Source: Polyangiaceae bacterium
Lineage (GTDB): Bacteria; Myxococcota_A; Polyangia; Polyangiales; Polyangiaceae
Reading direction: 5' to 3'
NCBI GenBank assembly: GCA_965222375.1
Contig: CBDCTZ010000016.1
Coordinates: 2,368,001 to 2,432,000 of the forward strand
Length of the DNA stretch: 64,000 nucleotides
In this document: piece by piece, positions 49,969-60,729 of the stretch
Layout: every line of letters begins with the position of its first letter
Position numbering within the stretch: position 1 is the first letter of the stretch
Position numbers and translations under genes: made by a program
The notes under the pieces: model-generated
What the model was told of the DNA's origin: nothing
Databases searched by the model: none
Seen by the model: only the letters and a program-made list of their open reading frames with translations

Positions 49969-51039
49969 TCAGAATTTGACCGGGATGTCGATCTGGAAGA
50001 TGTGATGAGAATCCATCGTCTCGGTGACCGGACCATCCAAGTGGCGGGCGTAGGCGATGCCGGGACTGATGCCCATGCCGCCGCCCAGTTTGAAGTGGAA
50101 GCGGGGTCCAATCGCCACGGTGGTGTCGTCACGGGCGCCGGTGTCCGGTCCGCCGGACGCTTCGTCTGCTTCCACGAAGCTAGGTGTGGAGAGCCAGCGC
50201 TGATGGCGCAGCTCTGCGCTGATCGCGAGCATGGGAATCACGAAGTAGCCCACGTGAATGCCGCTGGTGAAGTTGGTCTTGGAGCTGTCCTCCTGTACGT
50301 CGTCGCCTTTGACTCGAGTCAGCTGAAGCACCGTGACTTCACCTTGCACCGTCAGGTTGTCCGCGACGTAGGCCACGCCGAAACCAGGGAAGACGGTCAG
50401 GTCGTTGACCGCGAACATGGCGTTGTCCATCGAGCTACGCACCCGAATGCCGGTACGCAGGGCGGCGGACTTGGCGGCGTCGGGATCATTGCCCCCGTTG
50501 GAGCCCAAGGGCAGGGCAACGCCGAGGAACGCCGCGATTCGGATCGGGCCTCCCAGTTTGGGAGCCCAGGTGACGCCCAAGGCGGGGTTCATGAACGCTC
50601 CGGCGCTTTCGCCGGGATCCGGCGGCGAGTTGTTGACGTAGCCAACGCGAATCAGCGGGCCAATCTCGGGGGTGAGTTTGTATGCAAAGAGCAGAGTCGT
50701 CGCGATGGCGTTGCCGCTCTCGTCGCCGCCCTTGGGCTTGTAGAGCATGACCGCCGTGTCCGAGCGCAGCACCGTGGCCACGCCGGTGGGTCGGAGCTGC
50801 CAGGGCAGGGAGTACTTGGCCTTGGGCTTCGCGGCGGCCGCGCCTTCGTCCGCGGCACCTCCGCCAGCAGCGGCATCTCCGCCAGCTGAGACATCTGCGC
50901 CAGCTGAGGCATTTCCGGTATCCGACCCTTCCTCCATGCCCATGTCGGATGCGGTCGTGTCGGGGTCGGCATCTCCCTGCGCATGGGCGAAACCGGCGAA
51001 AGTAGTTGTGGCGAGTGCAATTGCGAAAGCAGCTTTCAT
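49969..51039 (-). CDS. Probable outer-membrane beta-barrel protein
   Basis: Signal peptide AHA, amphipathic strands, terminal IPVKF. Confidence 0.65.
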   Translation of the reverse strand: MKAAFAIALATTTFAGFAHAQGDADPDTTASDMGMEEGSDTGNASAGADVSAGGDAAAGGGAADEGAAAAKPKAKYSLPWQLRPTGVATVLRSDTAVMLYKPKGGDESGNAIATTLLFAYKLTPEIGPLIRVGYVNNSPPDPGESAGAFMNPALGVTWAPKLGGPIRIAAFLGVALPLGSNGGNDPDAAKSAALRTGIRVRSSMDNAMFAVNDLTVFPGFGVAYVADNLTVQGEVTVLQLTRVKGDDVQEDSSKTNFTSGIHVGYFVIPMLAISAELRHQRWLSTPSFVEADEASGGPDTGARDDTTVAIGPRFHFKLGGGMGISPGIAYARHLDGPVTETMDSHHIFQIDIPVKF

Positions 51040-51262
51040 GGATCACTCCTAATTGGGACGCCGTGCCCCCACGACGTTTTGTCCGGAATGTACACAGGAA
51101 AGACGCCTCGCCCCATGACAAGCCTCAGCTGGTTTTGTGCGTGAATCCGAGGGGTTTCAGCGTTTCGCGCGAGTCTTGCGGCTGGCTCCCAAGAGGCGTT
51201 GTCAAGGCCGCAGAGCTTGCGCGAACGAGTGCAGTCCGCGCAAATGCGCCGTAGAATGGGAA

Positions 51263-52954
51263 GTGGTGCGGTTAGCGACCCGATTGCTTTCAGTTGCTGC
51301 GGCAAGCTTGGTGTTGGGTGCACTGTTTCGGTGCGCTCCTGAGGAGTTCGCCTACGGCCCTAGCGGCGGGGACGTAGATGGTGGGGCAGGCGCGGACGGC
51401 AGCGGGACCGGCGGCTCGACCTTCGATGCTGCAGGCTGGATCGAGGTATGCGGCAACGGCGTTGACGACGACGACAATGGCCTGACCGACTGTGAAGACC
51501 CGGTCTGCAACGAATACGCCTGTGTGCCAGCTGCTCCTACGGGCTGGGCCGGGCCGATGGCGGTTTTTGCGGCTACGCCCACGATGCTGCCAGAATGCCC
51601 CGAGGGGCTCGACAAGATATCGGATCATCTACGGGACCCGCGCTTCGACCGCGCGCAATGTGAAAGCTGCGGTTGTGGCTCGCCGAGCAATCAGGGCTGC
51701 GCGGCCAGCGTCAAACTATCGACGTCGGGAAGCTGCAGCAGCACCAACGCCACCGTGCAGGTCAGCGGCGGCGGCTGCGTGAAGGGCGGGCTCAGTGGCG
51801 CGGTCACTGCCGCGGACGTGAGCATCAATGGAACCGGGAGCTGTAGCGTCACGAAGAAGACGTCAGCCACTACGACGCCCTCAACCTGGGCGACCGCATT
51901 CCGTGCATGTGAAGCCCCGAATCCGGGGGTCGGCGTCGGCTGCGACTCCGGAAGTGTGTGCGCTCCTGCGGCTGCGGGCGCCGAGCCGTGCATCTTGCAG
52001 GCCGGGGAGCACGCCTGCCCCGCGGAGTTTCCGAGTCGGCGGCTGGTGTTCGACAACCTGAGCGACACCCGAGGCTGCAGCAGCTGCCAATGCGGCTACT
52101 CGGGCTCGTGCACGGCCACGGTCACGGGCTTCCCCGACGAATCCTGCCTCGCCCCTCAGAGCTTTCAGAACAAGGGCGGCTGCGCCACGGGACTCACGGA
52201 CGTAAAGGGGCTCCAGCTGTCCGGCGCAGCCGGTCCGACGGGTGGCAAATGCACCGCCAGCGGCGGCTCTCCCACGGGCTGCGTTCTGCCCGAAACACCC
52301 ACCACCATGTGCTGTGCCGGCACCGGCGCCAAGTGTCCTTCGGGTAAAGGACCCGAGATGATCGAGGTGCCCAAAGTTGGCGGTGGGACGTACTGCATCG
52401 ATTCCACCGAAGTCACCAATAGCCAATACGACGCGTTCCTCAAGACCAGCCCGGCAGTGCCGAACATTCCGGAATGCGCTTTCAAGACCGACCTCACTCC
52501 CGGGACGAGTTGGCCGGATCCCGACCTAGACGAAGCTGTGAACTTCCTGGATTGGTGCGATGCCTACGCGTTCTGTGCCTGGGCGGGCAAGCGCTTGTGC
52601 GGCGATGTCGGGGGTGGCGCGTCGCCGTTCGCCAGCGCGAACACGCCGGACAGCCAATGGCACAACGCCTGCAGCGCGGGTGGCACTCAGGATTTCCCGT
52701 ACGGGACGGATACCGTGTCTGGCGCGTGCTCTACCAGTCTGAGCGACACGAGGGAGTTTCCGTGTTGCCAAGGTGGCTACTCGGGGATCTACGACATGAC
52801 CGGCTACCTTCGGGAATGGGTCGATGCGTGTAGTGGCACGGCGGGTAAGGGCGACGACTGCCGGGTCATGGGCAAGACGAACTGCCAATCGGGGGATGCA
52901 GTCAAACGCAATCGGCGCGCAGGTAACATCGGGTTTCGCTGCTGCGCGCCCTGA
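51263..52954 (+). CDS. Cys-rich secreted protein with formylglycine-generating enzyme (SUMF1) family domain
   Basis: EVCGNGVDDDDNGLTDC motif; IDSTEVT, WCDAYAFCAWAGKRLC, DMTG..EW, GFRCC; start approximate. Confidence 0.8.
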   Translation: MVRLATRLLSVAAASLVLGALFRCAPEEFAYGPSGGDVDGGAGADGSGTGGSTFDAAGWIEVCGNGVDDDDNGLTDCEDPVCNEYACVPAAPTGWAGPMAVFAATPTMLPECPEGLDKISDHLRDPRFDRAQCESCGCGSPSNQGCAASVKLSTSGSCSSTNATVQVSGGGCVKGGLSGAVTAADVSINGTGSCSVTKKTSATTTPSTWATAFRACEAPNPGVGVGCDSGSVCAPAAAGAEPCILQAGEHACPAEFPSRRLVFDNLSDTRGCSSCQCGYSGSCTATVTGFPDESCLAPQSFQNKGGCATGLTDVKGLQLSGAAGPTGGKCTASGGSPTGCVLPETPTTMCCAGTGAKCPSGKGPEMIEVPKVGGGTYCIDSTEVTNSQYDAFLKTSPAVPNIPECAFKTDLTPGTSWPDPDLDEAVNFLDWCDAYAFCAWAGKRLCGDVGGGASPFASANTPDSQWHNACSAGGTQDFPYGTDTVSGACSTSLSDTREFPCCQGGYSGIYDMTGYLREWVDACSGTAGKGDDCRVMGKTNCQSGDAVKRNRRAGNIGFRCCAP

Positions 52955-52957
52955 GCC

Positions 52958-54115
52958 TCAGTTGCAGCTGCCGTCGGGTTTCATCACGCGCACGTGAAAG
53001 TGGCCGGTGTGACCGCTCACGGTGCGCATGAACTTTCCCTTCCACGGCTGGTGGGAGAACTTGGACGCGAAGTAGGCGTTGATGATGGGTTGCACATCTT
53101 CGTCGTTGTTGAGGATCCCGCACACCTTGCCGGTGTCGACGAAGAGCTTGGCTAGATCAATCTTGGGCTGATTGTCGGTGCATGCGACTTGAGTCGCGCA
53201 ACCGGCAGTGACGTCCGCGTGAGTGCCGTCGTCATGGGTCGCGTGGTTCACCGTGCTGCACGAGCCTTCGTTCAAGTCCCGGTAGTTGATCGGCGAGAGG
53301 GACGGACGGATCTGCTGCCAACGAACGGCAACCGTGTAGAGCACGTCAATGAGCAGCTTGGTGCCCCGAGAGCAATCGTCGTCTTTCCGGGTGTACAGTC
53401 CGGCTGGGTCCGAGGGAGGCAGCAAGTGGAAACCGCCGACGACGTTGTTTGGATCGAAGTTGGGCGGGCTGAGCAGGGAGCCCGTGGGCGGAGTGCAGTC
53501 GGCGAAGTTCGTGAGAGTGTAGTCCGCGTCTGCCGGCAGATCTGGAACGAAGCCGTTGTCGATGGCGTCCCAACCGGTCAAAAAGACGGACAGCTGGCGG
53601 TCGGACTGCGCCGTGATCTGAACTGCCGCGGTGTCGGAGTTGCGGCCGCTGCTGACGCCTTGAACCGAAAGCGCTGCGGTCGAAAGGGAGAGCTCGCCAT
53701 CATGAATCGTGGCGCCTTGCTCGTCGTGCAGGACCAGCGCCGGGCTCCAGCTGCCGGCGGTGCGCGTGGCAGTCAGCTCCAACGCCACATTTGCAGGCGC
53801 AGACAACGCGTACTCATGCACATTGTACAGACCGGTTCCGAAGTTTTCGTTGATCGTTGCCGTGCCACAAGCGCTGGAAAGCGTGGGTGCTTGCCAGCAT
53901 CTGCCGCTATCGCAGGGCACGACCGTTTTGGGTGGGGCGTGCGGTGCGTCTGGGAACGTACCAGAGTCGGGAACGCCGACCGTCGCGTCGTTGCCCGCAT
54001 CAGCGGGGGCGGCGTCCGTCCCAGTCGATGCCTCCTCTGCGTCGCTAGAGCAACCCGCCAACAACCCAAAGCTGACGAGAGCTGGCCAGAGCACTGCTGC
54101 AGTCGATCGCGTCAT
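52958..54115 (-). CDS. Lipoprotein with MepA-like Zn peptidase domain
   Basis: LAGC lipobox; HATHDDGTHAD and GHTGHFHVR. Confidence 0.65.
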   Translation of the reverse strand: MTRSTAAVLWPALVSFGLLAGCSSDAEEASTGTDAAPADAGNDATVGVPDSGTFPDAPHAPPKTVVPCDSGRCWQAPTLSSACGTATINENFGTGLYNVHEYALSAPANVALELTATRTAGSWSPALVLHDEQGATIHDGELSLSTAALSVQGVSSGRNSDTAAVQITAQSDRQLSVFLTGWDAIDNGFVPDLPADADYTLTNFADCTPPTGSLLSPPNFDPNNVVGGFHLLPPSDPAGLYTRKDDDCSRGTKLLIDVLYTVAVRWQQIRPSLSPINYRDLNEGSCSTVNHATHDDGTHADVTAGCATQVACTDNQPKIDLAKLFVDTGKVCGILNNDEDVQPIINAYFASKFSHQPWKGKFMRTVSGHTGHFHVRVMKPDGSCN

Positions 54116-54273
54116 GAGTCTCGCGCCACAGCCCCTAGGTGGCCAATCACCCTAGCATGCGCCAGGGGCTGAGCCCGCCGGAGATGTTTCGAAATTTCGG
54201 CGCGACCGCGTAGTCGGCGGCGTCTAGTGCAGGGAGTTTGAAGTGCTAACCGCTCATGCGCTAGGCTCCTCAC

Positions 54274-57200
54274 TTGGCCGACAAGGACTCCAAACCTGTC
54301 ATTGGCGGGGGCGCCGACAAAGGCGGAGCGACCAGTGAGCCCGATCTCACACCCGGCCGCCCGACGGCGCCAGGGTTTCCACCGCCGCCGCCCTTGAAAG
54401 TCCGGCCTCCTCCTCCCATGGCTCGGAGCAAGGCCCCCAAAGCGTCGGCGAGCGCCAAGCGCCCGCTAGCGCCAACGATGTCGGAGGTACCGAAACCGAA
54501 CCTGCAGGCCGAAGAGGCCTCCGAGGACCTTCCGCCGCCGCGCAAGGAGTTCTCCTCCGTTCCCGTTGCCGAAGATCTCGCCCCGGCCGTCGAAGCAGAG
54601 GCCCAAGGCCCGCCCATTTCCGTGCACGGTTTCCAGGGGTCACCCGCGGATCTCCTCAAGCAAGCGCGGGCTCCAATGCAAACGCTGCCGCTGATGGGTG
54701 GACCACCAGCTGGTGATACGGCGGCCAGGACCAAGCTCCCGGTCGGACCGTCTGTGACGCGAAAGTTGCAGACGACGCCCCGAACCTCGCCCACGCCAGG
54801 CCCGACAAAGCCACCCACTCCCTACGCCCCTCCGGCGCGCCCGGCCAAGCCCGCCCCGAAGGTCTTGCCAGTCCCGCCACAACCGAGCGTCGACGAGGGA
54901 GAGCCTCGCCCGTCACTCATTTCTCTGACCTCGGAAGTCGAGCCCACGCTACTCGTCGTCGGTGAAGGGTTCGAAGGGCGTGATGAGCTCATCGCCGCGC
55001 TCCAGGACATTGGCGCCTACGTCGAACCCGCTACGACTTCGGACGCGCAGCAGGCTGCGGTCACAGTCGCTCCAGATCTCGTCGTGCTTCTGGGTGATGC
55101 GGCCAGTGACCGCTTGGCCGACACGTTGGAGGCGTTGGGAACATCGCCGATGAGTTCAGTCGTTCCCGTGGCCGTGCTGTCCGAAGACGATGAGCTGGCC
55201 GCGCGGCTGTCCGCGTTTCGCCATGGAGCAGCGGCCGCAGTCTCCTTCGAAGATGGAGCTCTCGAGACTGCGGCAGAGCTATTGCGCCTGGCCAAACACA
55301 TTCCCGAGCGCAGCGGTGCGAGTGAGGGCAAGCTCGGCGAAGCGACTTTGCCAGAGCTGATTACCGCGCTGTCCGAGGAAGTTCGCAGCGGGATCTTGTC
55401 GGTCTACGGCCCCGCGGACCCCGGCACGGTGTTGCGGCTCGCCCTGGGCGGGGGAAAGCCGCTTGCAGCAGCGGTTGACGACTTCGTGTCCAAGGTCAAC
55501 GAGCTGGTGCTCGACACCGAACCCGTGCAATTCGAGTTCGACGAGCGCGCTGGCGGCACGGTATCCGTATTGTCGGACCGACCACCGCCGCCTCGAGCAC
55601 CTTCCTTGCCGGGGACCGAGGTGGCCGGTTTGCGCATCCTGATCGCAGGCCAAGATCCAGCAGCTGCGGACGCCATGGCGCAGAAGCTCCGCGTGATGGG
55701 CGGAGAGGTGCAGCTGACGGATTTCGAGCCAGATGAGGCGCGCCTCGACCGGCTGCGCCACTTCGACCCCATGGTCGTGCTGATCGGTGAGGAAGATCTC
55801 TCCGGACCCGGCTACGACCTCGTGCGGCGCGTCCGCCTGGACTATCGGCTGCGTTGGGCCGCGCTCTTGGTCATTCGCTGGAGTGAAGTTTGGCCCGATG
55901 AAACCCAGCCCGCCGATCTGGATGACTTGGTCGGCAGTATCGCAGCCCTGGCAGAACCCGAGTTCAGCGCCAAGCAGCGGCTGAGTTCGGGCGCCGCCTT
56001 CGACGTGCGCTTGGAGAGTATTGGTGGGGCGCGGCTCCTGCGCGCGCTGGCGGACGCAGATGGCGTACGTGAGTTGGAGCTGACCAACCCTCGAATCAAG
56101 ATCACTGTGCTCTTGGATAGTGGACAGCTCGTGGCCTGCCAGGGAGTCACCGGGCCAGATTCGGGCCAAGTGCTGGATGGCCCCATGGCGCTGGCCGCGC
56201 TACTCGTTCTGCGCTCAGGACGCGTTCGCGTCAGTCCGAGCCAAGTACCCCCTGGCACGCCGCGGATGGGGCACATTGGCGAGGTGTTGGATCACCTGGA
56301 CAGCGAGCCTCCGATCACGCCATCGCTATTTCCGGGCCCACCAAGCGCCGCTCTACCCGAGCACCTGCGTCGGCCAGCATCCGACGGTCCGGCTGTGGTT
56401 GACGCCGCGCTGGCCTCCGCTGCAGACGAGCCCCTGGCCGATGCGATGGCCACGCCGCGGCAGCGCCGCGTGACCATCGCGGGGATCTCGATGCCCTATT
56501 GGGGCGTTGCCTTGCTGGCGCTATTGGGCCTGGTTGGCATCATCGCGGTCATCGCGCTTGCCGTCGGGCCGTCTGACACGCCAGAAGTCGCCTCCGGCGA
56601 AAAGCCCGTCGACGCTCCGCCGACTTCCTCTTCCGCGGTGGCCTACCTTCCCGCTCCAACTGGATCGGCCCTGCTGCTCGAGCGCGCTCGCCTGGGTGAT
56701 GAAGAAGCTCTGAAGAAGTTGGAGGAGCTGCCGCCGGAGAAGCGCAGCACCGAACAAGCATTGGCTCTTTCTCAAGGTTGGCTGGCCAAGAAACGCATCG
56801 AGCTCGACGAGCTGGATGCAAAGCTCGAGCAGGACCCTGCTCTGCTCGAGAAGCGCGCTACTCAGCGCCAGCTGCTCACCTTCAGTCGTGATGCGAGCGT
56901 GGCGCAGGTCACCCTGCGCATGATTTCGAAACAGGACAGCCCCATTGCGGCGGACCTGCTGTACGAAGTTTGGACGGGTACCCGCGGGCGCACGGAAGGG
57001 ACCCGACTCGCCCAAGCTCTGGTGTACAGCGCGGAGGTGCGACCTCGCGCGTCGCCGGCCCTATCGGCCCTGCTCGACCTGCGCAAAGAGAAAGATTGCG
57101 AGAAGATGCGTGAAGTGCTGGCGCGCGTCCGAGAGCATGGGGATCGGCGCAGCCTGCGCGGGCTCGCGAAACTGACGCTGCGCCGCGGTTGTGGTCCCAA

Positions 57201-57294
57201 AAAGAGAAAAGACTGTTTTCCGTGCCTGCGTGATGGCGAGGAACTTCGCAAGGCCATCAACACGGTTAAGGACCGGCCCGACCCACGCTTCTAG
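54274..57294 (+). CDS. Membrane protein with Pro-rich N-terminus, two receiver-like and two DUF4388-like domains
   Basis: LLVVGE..APDLVVL; GKLGEATLPELITAL....SGILSV; LRILIA..DPMVVLIG; TM; C-terminal RRGCG...DCFPCLR. Confidence 0.65.
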   Translation: MADKDSKPVIGGGADKGGATSEPDLTPGRPTAPGFPPPPPLKVRPPPPMARSKAPKASASAKRPLAPTMSEVPKPNLQAEEASEDLPPPRKEFSSVPVAEDLAPAVEAEAQGPPISVHGFQGSPADLLKQARAPMQTLPLMGGPPAGDTAARTKLPVGPSVTRKLQTTPRTSPTPGPTKPPTPYAPPARPAKPAPKVLPVPPQPSVDEGEPRPSLISLTSEVEPTLLVVGEGFEGRDELIAALQDIGAYVEPATTSDAQQAAVTVAPDLVVLLGDAASDRLADTLEALGTSPMSSVVPVAVLSEDDELAARLSAFRHGAAAAVSFEDGALETAAELLRLAKHIPERSGASEGKLGEATLPELITALSEEVRSGILSVYGPADPGTVLRLALGGGKPLAAAVDDFVSKVNELVLDTEPVQFEFDERAGGTVSVLSDRPPPPRAPSLPGTEVAGLRILIAGQDPAAADAMAQKLRVMGGEVQLTDFEPDEARLDRLRHFDPMVVLIGEEDLSGPGYDLVRRVRLDYRLRWAALLVIRWSEVWPDETQPADLDDLVGSIAALAEPEFSAKQRLSSGAAFDVRLESIGGARLLRALADADGVRELELTNPRIKITVLLDSGQLVACQGVTGPDSGQVLDGPMALAALLVLRSGRVRVSPSQVPPGTPRMGHIGEVLDHLDSEPPITPSLFPGPPSAALPEHLRRPASDGPAVVDAALASAADEPLADAMATPRQRRVTIAGISMPYWGVALLALLGLVGIIAVIALAVGPSDTPEVASGEKPVDAPPTSSSAVAYLPAPTGSALLLERARLGDEEALKKLEELPPEKRSTEQALALSQGWLAKKRIELDELDAKLEQDPALLEKRATQRQLLTFSRDASVAQVTLRMISKQDSPIAADLLYEVWTGTRGRTEGTRLAQALVYSAEVRPRASPALSALLDLRKEKDCEKMREVLARVREHGDRRSLRGLAKLTLRRGCGPKKRKDCFPCLRDGEELRKAINTVKDRPDPRF

Positions 57295-57317
57295 ACCCTC
57301 GGCGACAGACTCGGGCC

Positions 57318-58634
57318 TCAGGCATGTAGCGGGGCGAAGGGGCCGCAGTTCTTGTCGTCGCCGATCCCGCTGATCTTGTGACCCATCAAGTGGGCCACGG
57401 AGGTCAGGATCCTGTCGTTGTTGATCGTGTTGCTGAGCTCCATGTAGCGGTTCGTCTTGAGCTGACCGGCGGCGTTGCCAAACAACACCACGGGGATCTT
57501 CTTCATCTGGTGGTGGCGCCCAAAGTGGGACACGGCCAGGATCAGGGTGTTGTCCAGCATGGTGCCGTTGCCTTCTGGGGTGTCCTGTAGCCGTTTGGCG
57601 AACTTTCCAAGCTGTTCCCAGTCCCAGGCACCTGACTTGATGTAGGCGTCTCGCCTTGCGGCGGCGCGATGGTGCACGTCGTCGTGAATGCCGTCCGTGT
57701 TGACTCCCGGCACCCACTCGTAGCGCCAGTGGTAGCCCGAGTAGCCCCAGATCATTCCGCCCACCTGCACGCGGTTGCACGCCAGAGCGGCGAACATCAC
57801 GTCTAGGTGCGCCTGAGCTCTCGTGGGAACGTACTTATTCGTGGCCTCCCGCCCCGGCACGTTGCATTCGACGGCGGTGGCTGGCTGGCCGCCGTCCAGA
57901 TCTGCGAGAACGCTCAACTCGGCGCGACGAATGGCGTCTTCATGGGCGTCCAGCTTGAGCTTTTCGAAGCCCGAGAGTTCTTGGCGAAAGCGTTTCAGCT
58001 CCGAGGTCAGGTCGTCTAGTACCGAGCGGCGCGCCCGGAGTGCGTTGAGGCGCGCGGTTTCGGCTGCCGGGTCCACCGCGTCTCCCGGCGAGAAGCCTTT
58101 GAACACTTTGTCCCAGGCCTGCTCCGGAGGAGCGATGGGCACTTTGAACTGATTCGGCCCCGTGGCGAAGGGTTTGCCGCGCATGTGATTGCTGGCGCCC
58201 GTGTGCACGATGGTTTCCAGGGAAGACAGACCGAGATCTCGGACCAGCAGTTGGTCGATGGAGATGCCGCCGGGCTCACCATTCAGGGAATCCGTCGGGT
58301 GTGCCAACACATTCTTGGCGGTCAGCACCTTACCCACGGTCCGGATGTGATTGTTGCCTTTAGGGTTCAGGCCCGAGTCCTTGATGTCCACACCTTTGAC
58401 GATTACCAGTTCGTCTTTGACGGACTGAAGGCCCTGCAGCATCGGCGACAGCTGCCAATCGTTTTCGGTTCCCGAGGGGAAGAACGCCGCCTCGTCCGGG
58501 TAGCCACCGCAATGAACCCAGAAGAACACCCGCTTTGGCAACGCCGCTTCCGCGGCCGCTTGGCGCACGGAAAGCACCGGCGACAGCAACAGTGCGGCCT
58601 TCATGCTGTTGAATAGAAAGTCTCGACGCTTCAT
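57318..58634 (-). CDS. DUF1552-family protein
   Basis: Tat-like KRRDFL, SIDQ, RSVLD, KLDAH...IR, TPEGNGTMLDNTL. Confidence 0.85.
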   Translation of the reverse strand: MKRRDFLFNSMKAALLLSPVLSVRQAAAEAALPKRVFFWVHCGGYPDEAAFFPSGTENDWQLSPMLQGLQSVKDELVIVKGVDIKDSGLNPKGNNHIRTVGKVLTAKNVLAHPTDSLNGEPGGISIDQLLVRDLGLSSLETIVHTGASNHMRGKPFATGPNQFKVPIAPPEQAWDKVFKGFSPGDAVDPAAETARLNALRARRSVLDDLTSELKRFRQELSGFEKLKLDAHEDAIRRAELSVLADLDGGQPATAVECNVPGREATNKYVPTRAQAHLDVMFAALACNRVQVGGMIWGYSGYHWRYEWVPGVNTDGIHDDVHHRAAARRDAYIKSGAWDWEQLGKFAKRLQDTPEGNGTMLDNTLILAVSHFGRHHQMKKIPVVLFGNAAGQLKTNRYMELSNTINNDRILTSVAHLMGHKISGIGDDKNCGPFAPLHA

Positions 58635-58662
58635 GTCAGCTCCGGCTGGATCGCTGTAGGGC

Positions 58663-60339
58663 TCATTGCTGCCACTTCTTCAGGTAGAAATCCGGGTCGG
58701 CTAGCAGGTCTTCCATCAGCTTCTGGATGTTCCCGCCGCTCTGGCCAAAGCCTTTGGCGAGGCTGGTGGACATGGCGTCCACGTGGTCGCCTTTGGCGCT
58801 GCCGACCGCGTAGGCGACCAGGTTGCGAGTGAAGCACGCTGAAACGACTTCGCTCGTGGACAGGGTATCGACGAAGTTCGAGAAGCTCTCGAAGGACTTG
58901 GTCTCCGTGCCAACGGCGATGTCGGCGACCGCCGTATCGATGGGACGGTCTCCCTTCTTGGTCTGAAACTGTCCCAGCGCATCGAAGTTGCCGAACAAGA
59001 AACCCAAGGGCATGAACTGCTTGTGGCAATTGATGCACTCTTGGCTCTGGTTCATCATCGTTTCGAACTGTTCTCGCGTGGTCATCTCTTCGAAGTTGGA
59101 GCCCTCGCCAGCGACGTTCATGGCGGCTGTGGCCGTATCGATCCCCGAGGGCAACCCAACCTGTTGACACAAGAGCTGGTTCTTGATCAGCAGGCCACGA
59201 ATCACCGGCCGGTCCTTGTCGACCTCGCCCACCGAAGCGTGCACCGCCATGACGCTTGCCAAGCTCAGGATCCCTTTGCGTTCCGCAGAATCGAGGCTGG
59301 CGCGCTGCATCTTGTCGCTGTCTGAAATGAGGCCGTAGAGCGGCGCCGTGTGGCGATTGACGAAGGCCTGGGTGCCCGTCAACAGGCCCTGCAGCGTGCC
59401 TGGTCCGTCGAAAACGACATCCGTGACATACAAGGAGAATTCATCGCGCAACGCGGATGCCTGCGCCTGGCCGCTCAGCTTCGGGAACGCCTGGGGATCG
59501 GCGACCATCTCGTCCAGTTCGTTCACTCGCAGCCATTGCTGTAGGATCTGCACGAAGCGAGCGCGCCCCGCGTCGGTCGCGAGCAAGCGACGCACATGTG
59601 ACCGAATGCGCTCTCCCTCGAGCAAGCCCGCTTCGGCGTCTTGGAACAGCTCTTCGTCGGGCATGCTTCCCGTGAGCGCGTAGGAGATCACTGACGCGCG
59701 TTCGTATTGATCGAGGGTCGACTCCTGCTGACCCGTCTTCTTGCCGACTTCCATTCGGTGTAGGAAGTGGACGGACGCCAATAGCCGAGTGACCAGGCTC
59801 TGGGTTGCCAGCACGCGGTCCGACGTCTCTGTGCTTACCCGCTTGAACAGTGACAACAGGGTGCTGCTCTCCTCTGAGGATAGCGGCCGACGGAAAGCGC
59901 GGCGGCCCAGGTCGTTTGCGATCTGGGTGATACAGGTATCCTGGACGTCGCTCGGCTCGAAGCAGGGGTAGTCGGTCGTGATGCGTGTCTCCACGTATTG
60001 GGTGCCGAGTCGCTCAGCCTCGTCCAAGAGCGCCACGAACAGGTTCTCATCCAGCTTTCCAGCGGAGCCCGTATCGAAGCCCGAGCCGAGATCTGCATGA
60101 GCAAGGCCTTCCGTGGCTTCGAGGCCGAGCAAGTCGCGAACGGTGTTGCGGTACTCTGCAGCGCTGAGCAGTCGGACTTGGGGCGGCGAGAGCGAGCGCA
60201 GGCTCGAAGACGACGCTCCCTTGCCGCCCGGCTTCGATGGATCTGGCTCGCCGGGCTTGCCAATGTCGCCGGTGCACGCGGCGAGCAGCACCGCGATCAG
60301 GGCGGCGACGAGCCATCGAAGGCGGATCTGGTGCGACAT
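58663..60339 (-). CDS. DUF1592/DUF1588/DUF1595-family lipoprotein
   Basis: RLLS..EYRNTVRDLLG, RAFRRP, SMPD, PVIRG, CINCH (CxxCH), FDALG. Confidence 0.85.
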   Translation of the reverse strand: MSHQIRLRWLVAALIAVLLAACTGDIGKPGEPDPSKPGGKGASSSSLRSLSPPQVRLLSAAEYRNTVRDLLGLEATEGLAHADLGSGFDTGSAGKLDENLFVALLDEAERLGTQYVETRITTDYPCFEPSDVQDTCITQIANDLGRRAFRRPLSSEESSTLLSLFKRVSTETSDRVLATQSLVTRLLASVHFLHRMEVGKKTGQQESTLDQYERASVISYALTGSMPDEELFQDAEAGLLEGERIRSHVRRLLATDAGRARFVQILQQWLRVNELDEMVADPQAFPKLSGQAQASALRDEFSLYVTDVVFDGPGTLQGLLTGTQAFVNRHTAPLYGLISDSDKMQRASLDSAERKGILSLASVMAVHASVGEVDKDRPVIRGLLIKNQLLCQQVGLPSGIDTATAAMNVAGEGSNFEEMTTREQFETMMNQSQECINCHKQFMPLGFLFGNFDALGQFQTKKGDRPIDTAVADIAVGTETKSFESFSNFVDTLSTSEVVSACFTRNLVAYAVGSAKGDHVDAMSTSLAKGFGQSGGNIQKLMEDLLADPDFYLKKWQQ

Positions 60340-60729
60340 CGGCGCACACTGTGTGCAAGCGGCATGCCTAGGGATTTCAAAGGGTTGGCGGATCACGCTG
60401 CTAGGCTCGGATCCGGAGCCGCGGGTCGGGTCGACCTGAGCCGCGTCGTCCTTTCTTGGCCGTTTCTCGCGTTCGCTCTCGAGCCAAGGGCTCTGCGGCG
60501 CCCTTGGACGAGATTGAGAACCGAGGCGTCGGAGCGCGACGGACTCAGTCACGGCGGACCTGGCAGGTCGCACCGCCGCCCGATCTGAAGCGTCCGTTTC
60601 AGGACAGCCGCCACAACTCGCAAGACCAGCGTAGAGCCGGTGCTTGCTCCAGAGATGAAGGATGCACTTGCGCCCTCTGACAAGGCGCGGCCGCAGGCGG
60701 CGCACTTTCCGTCTGCTACTCTCCACCAC

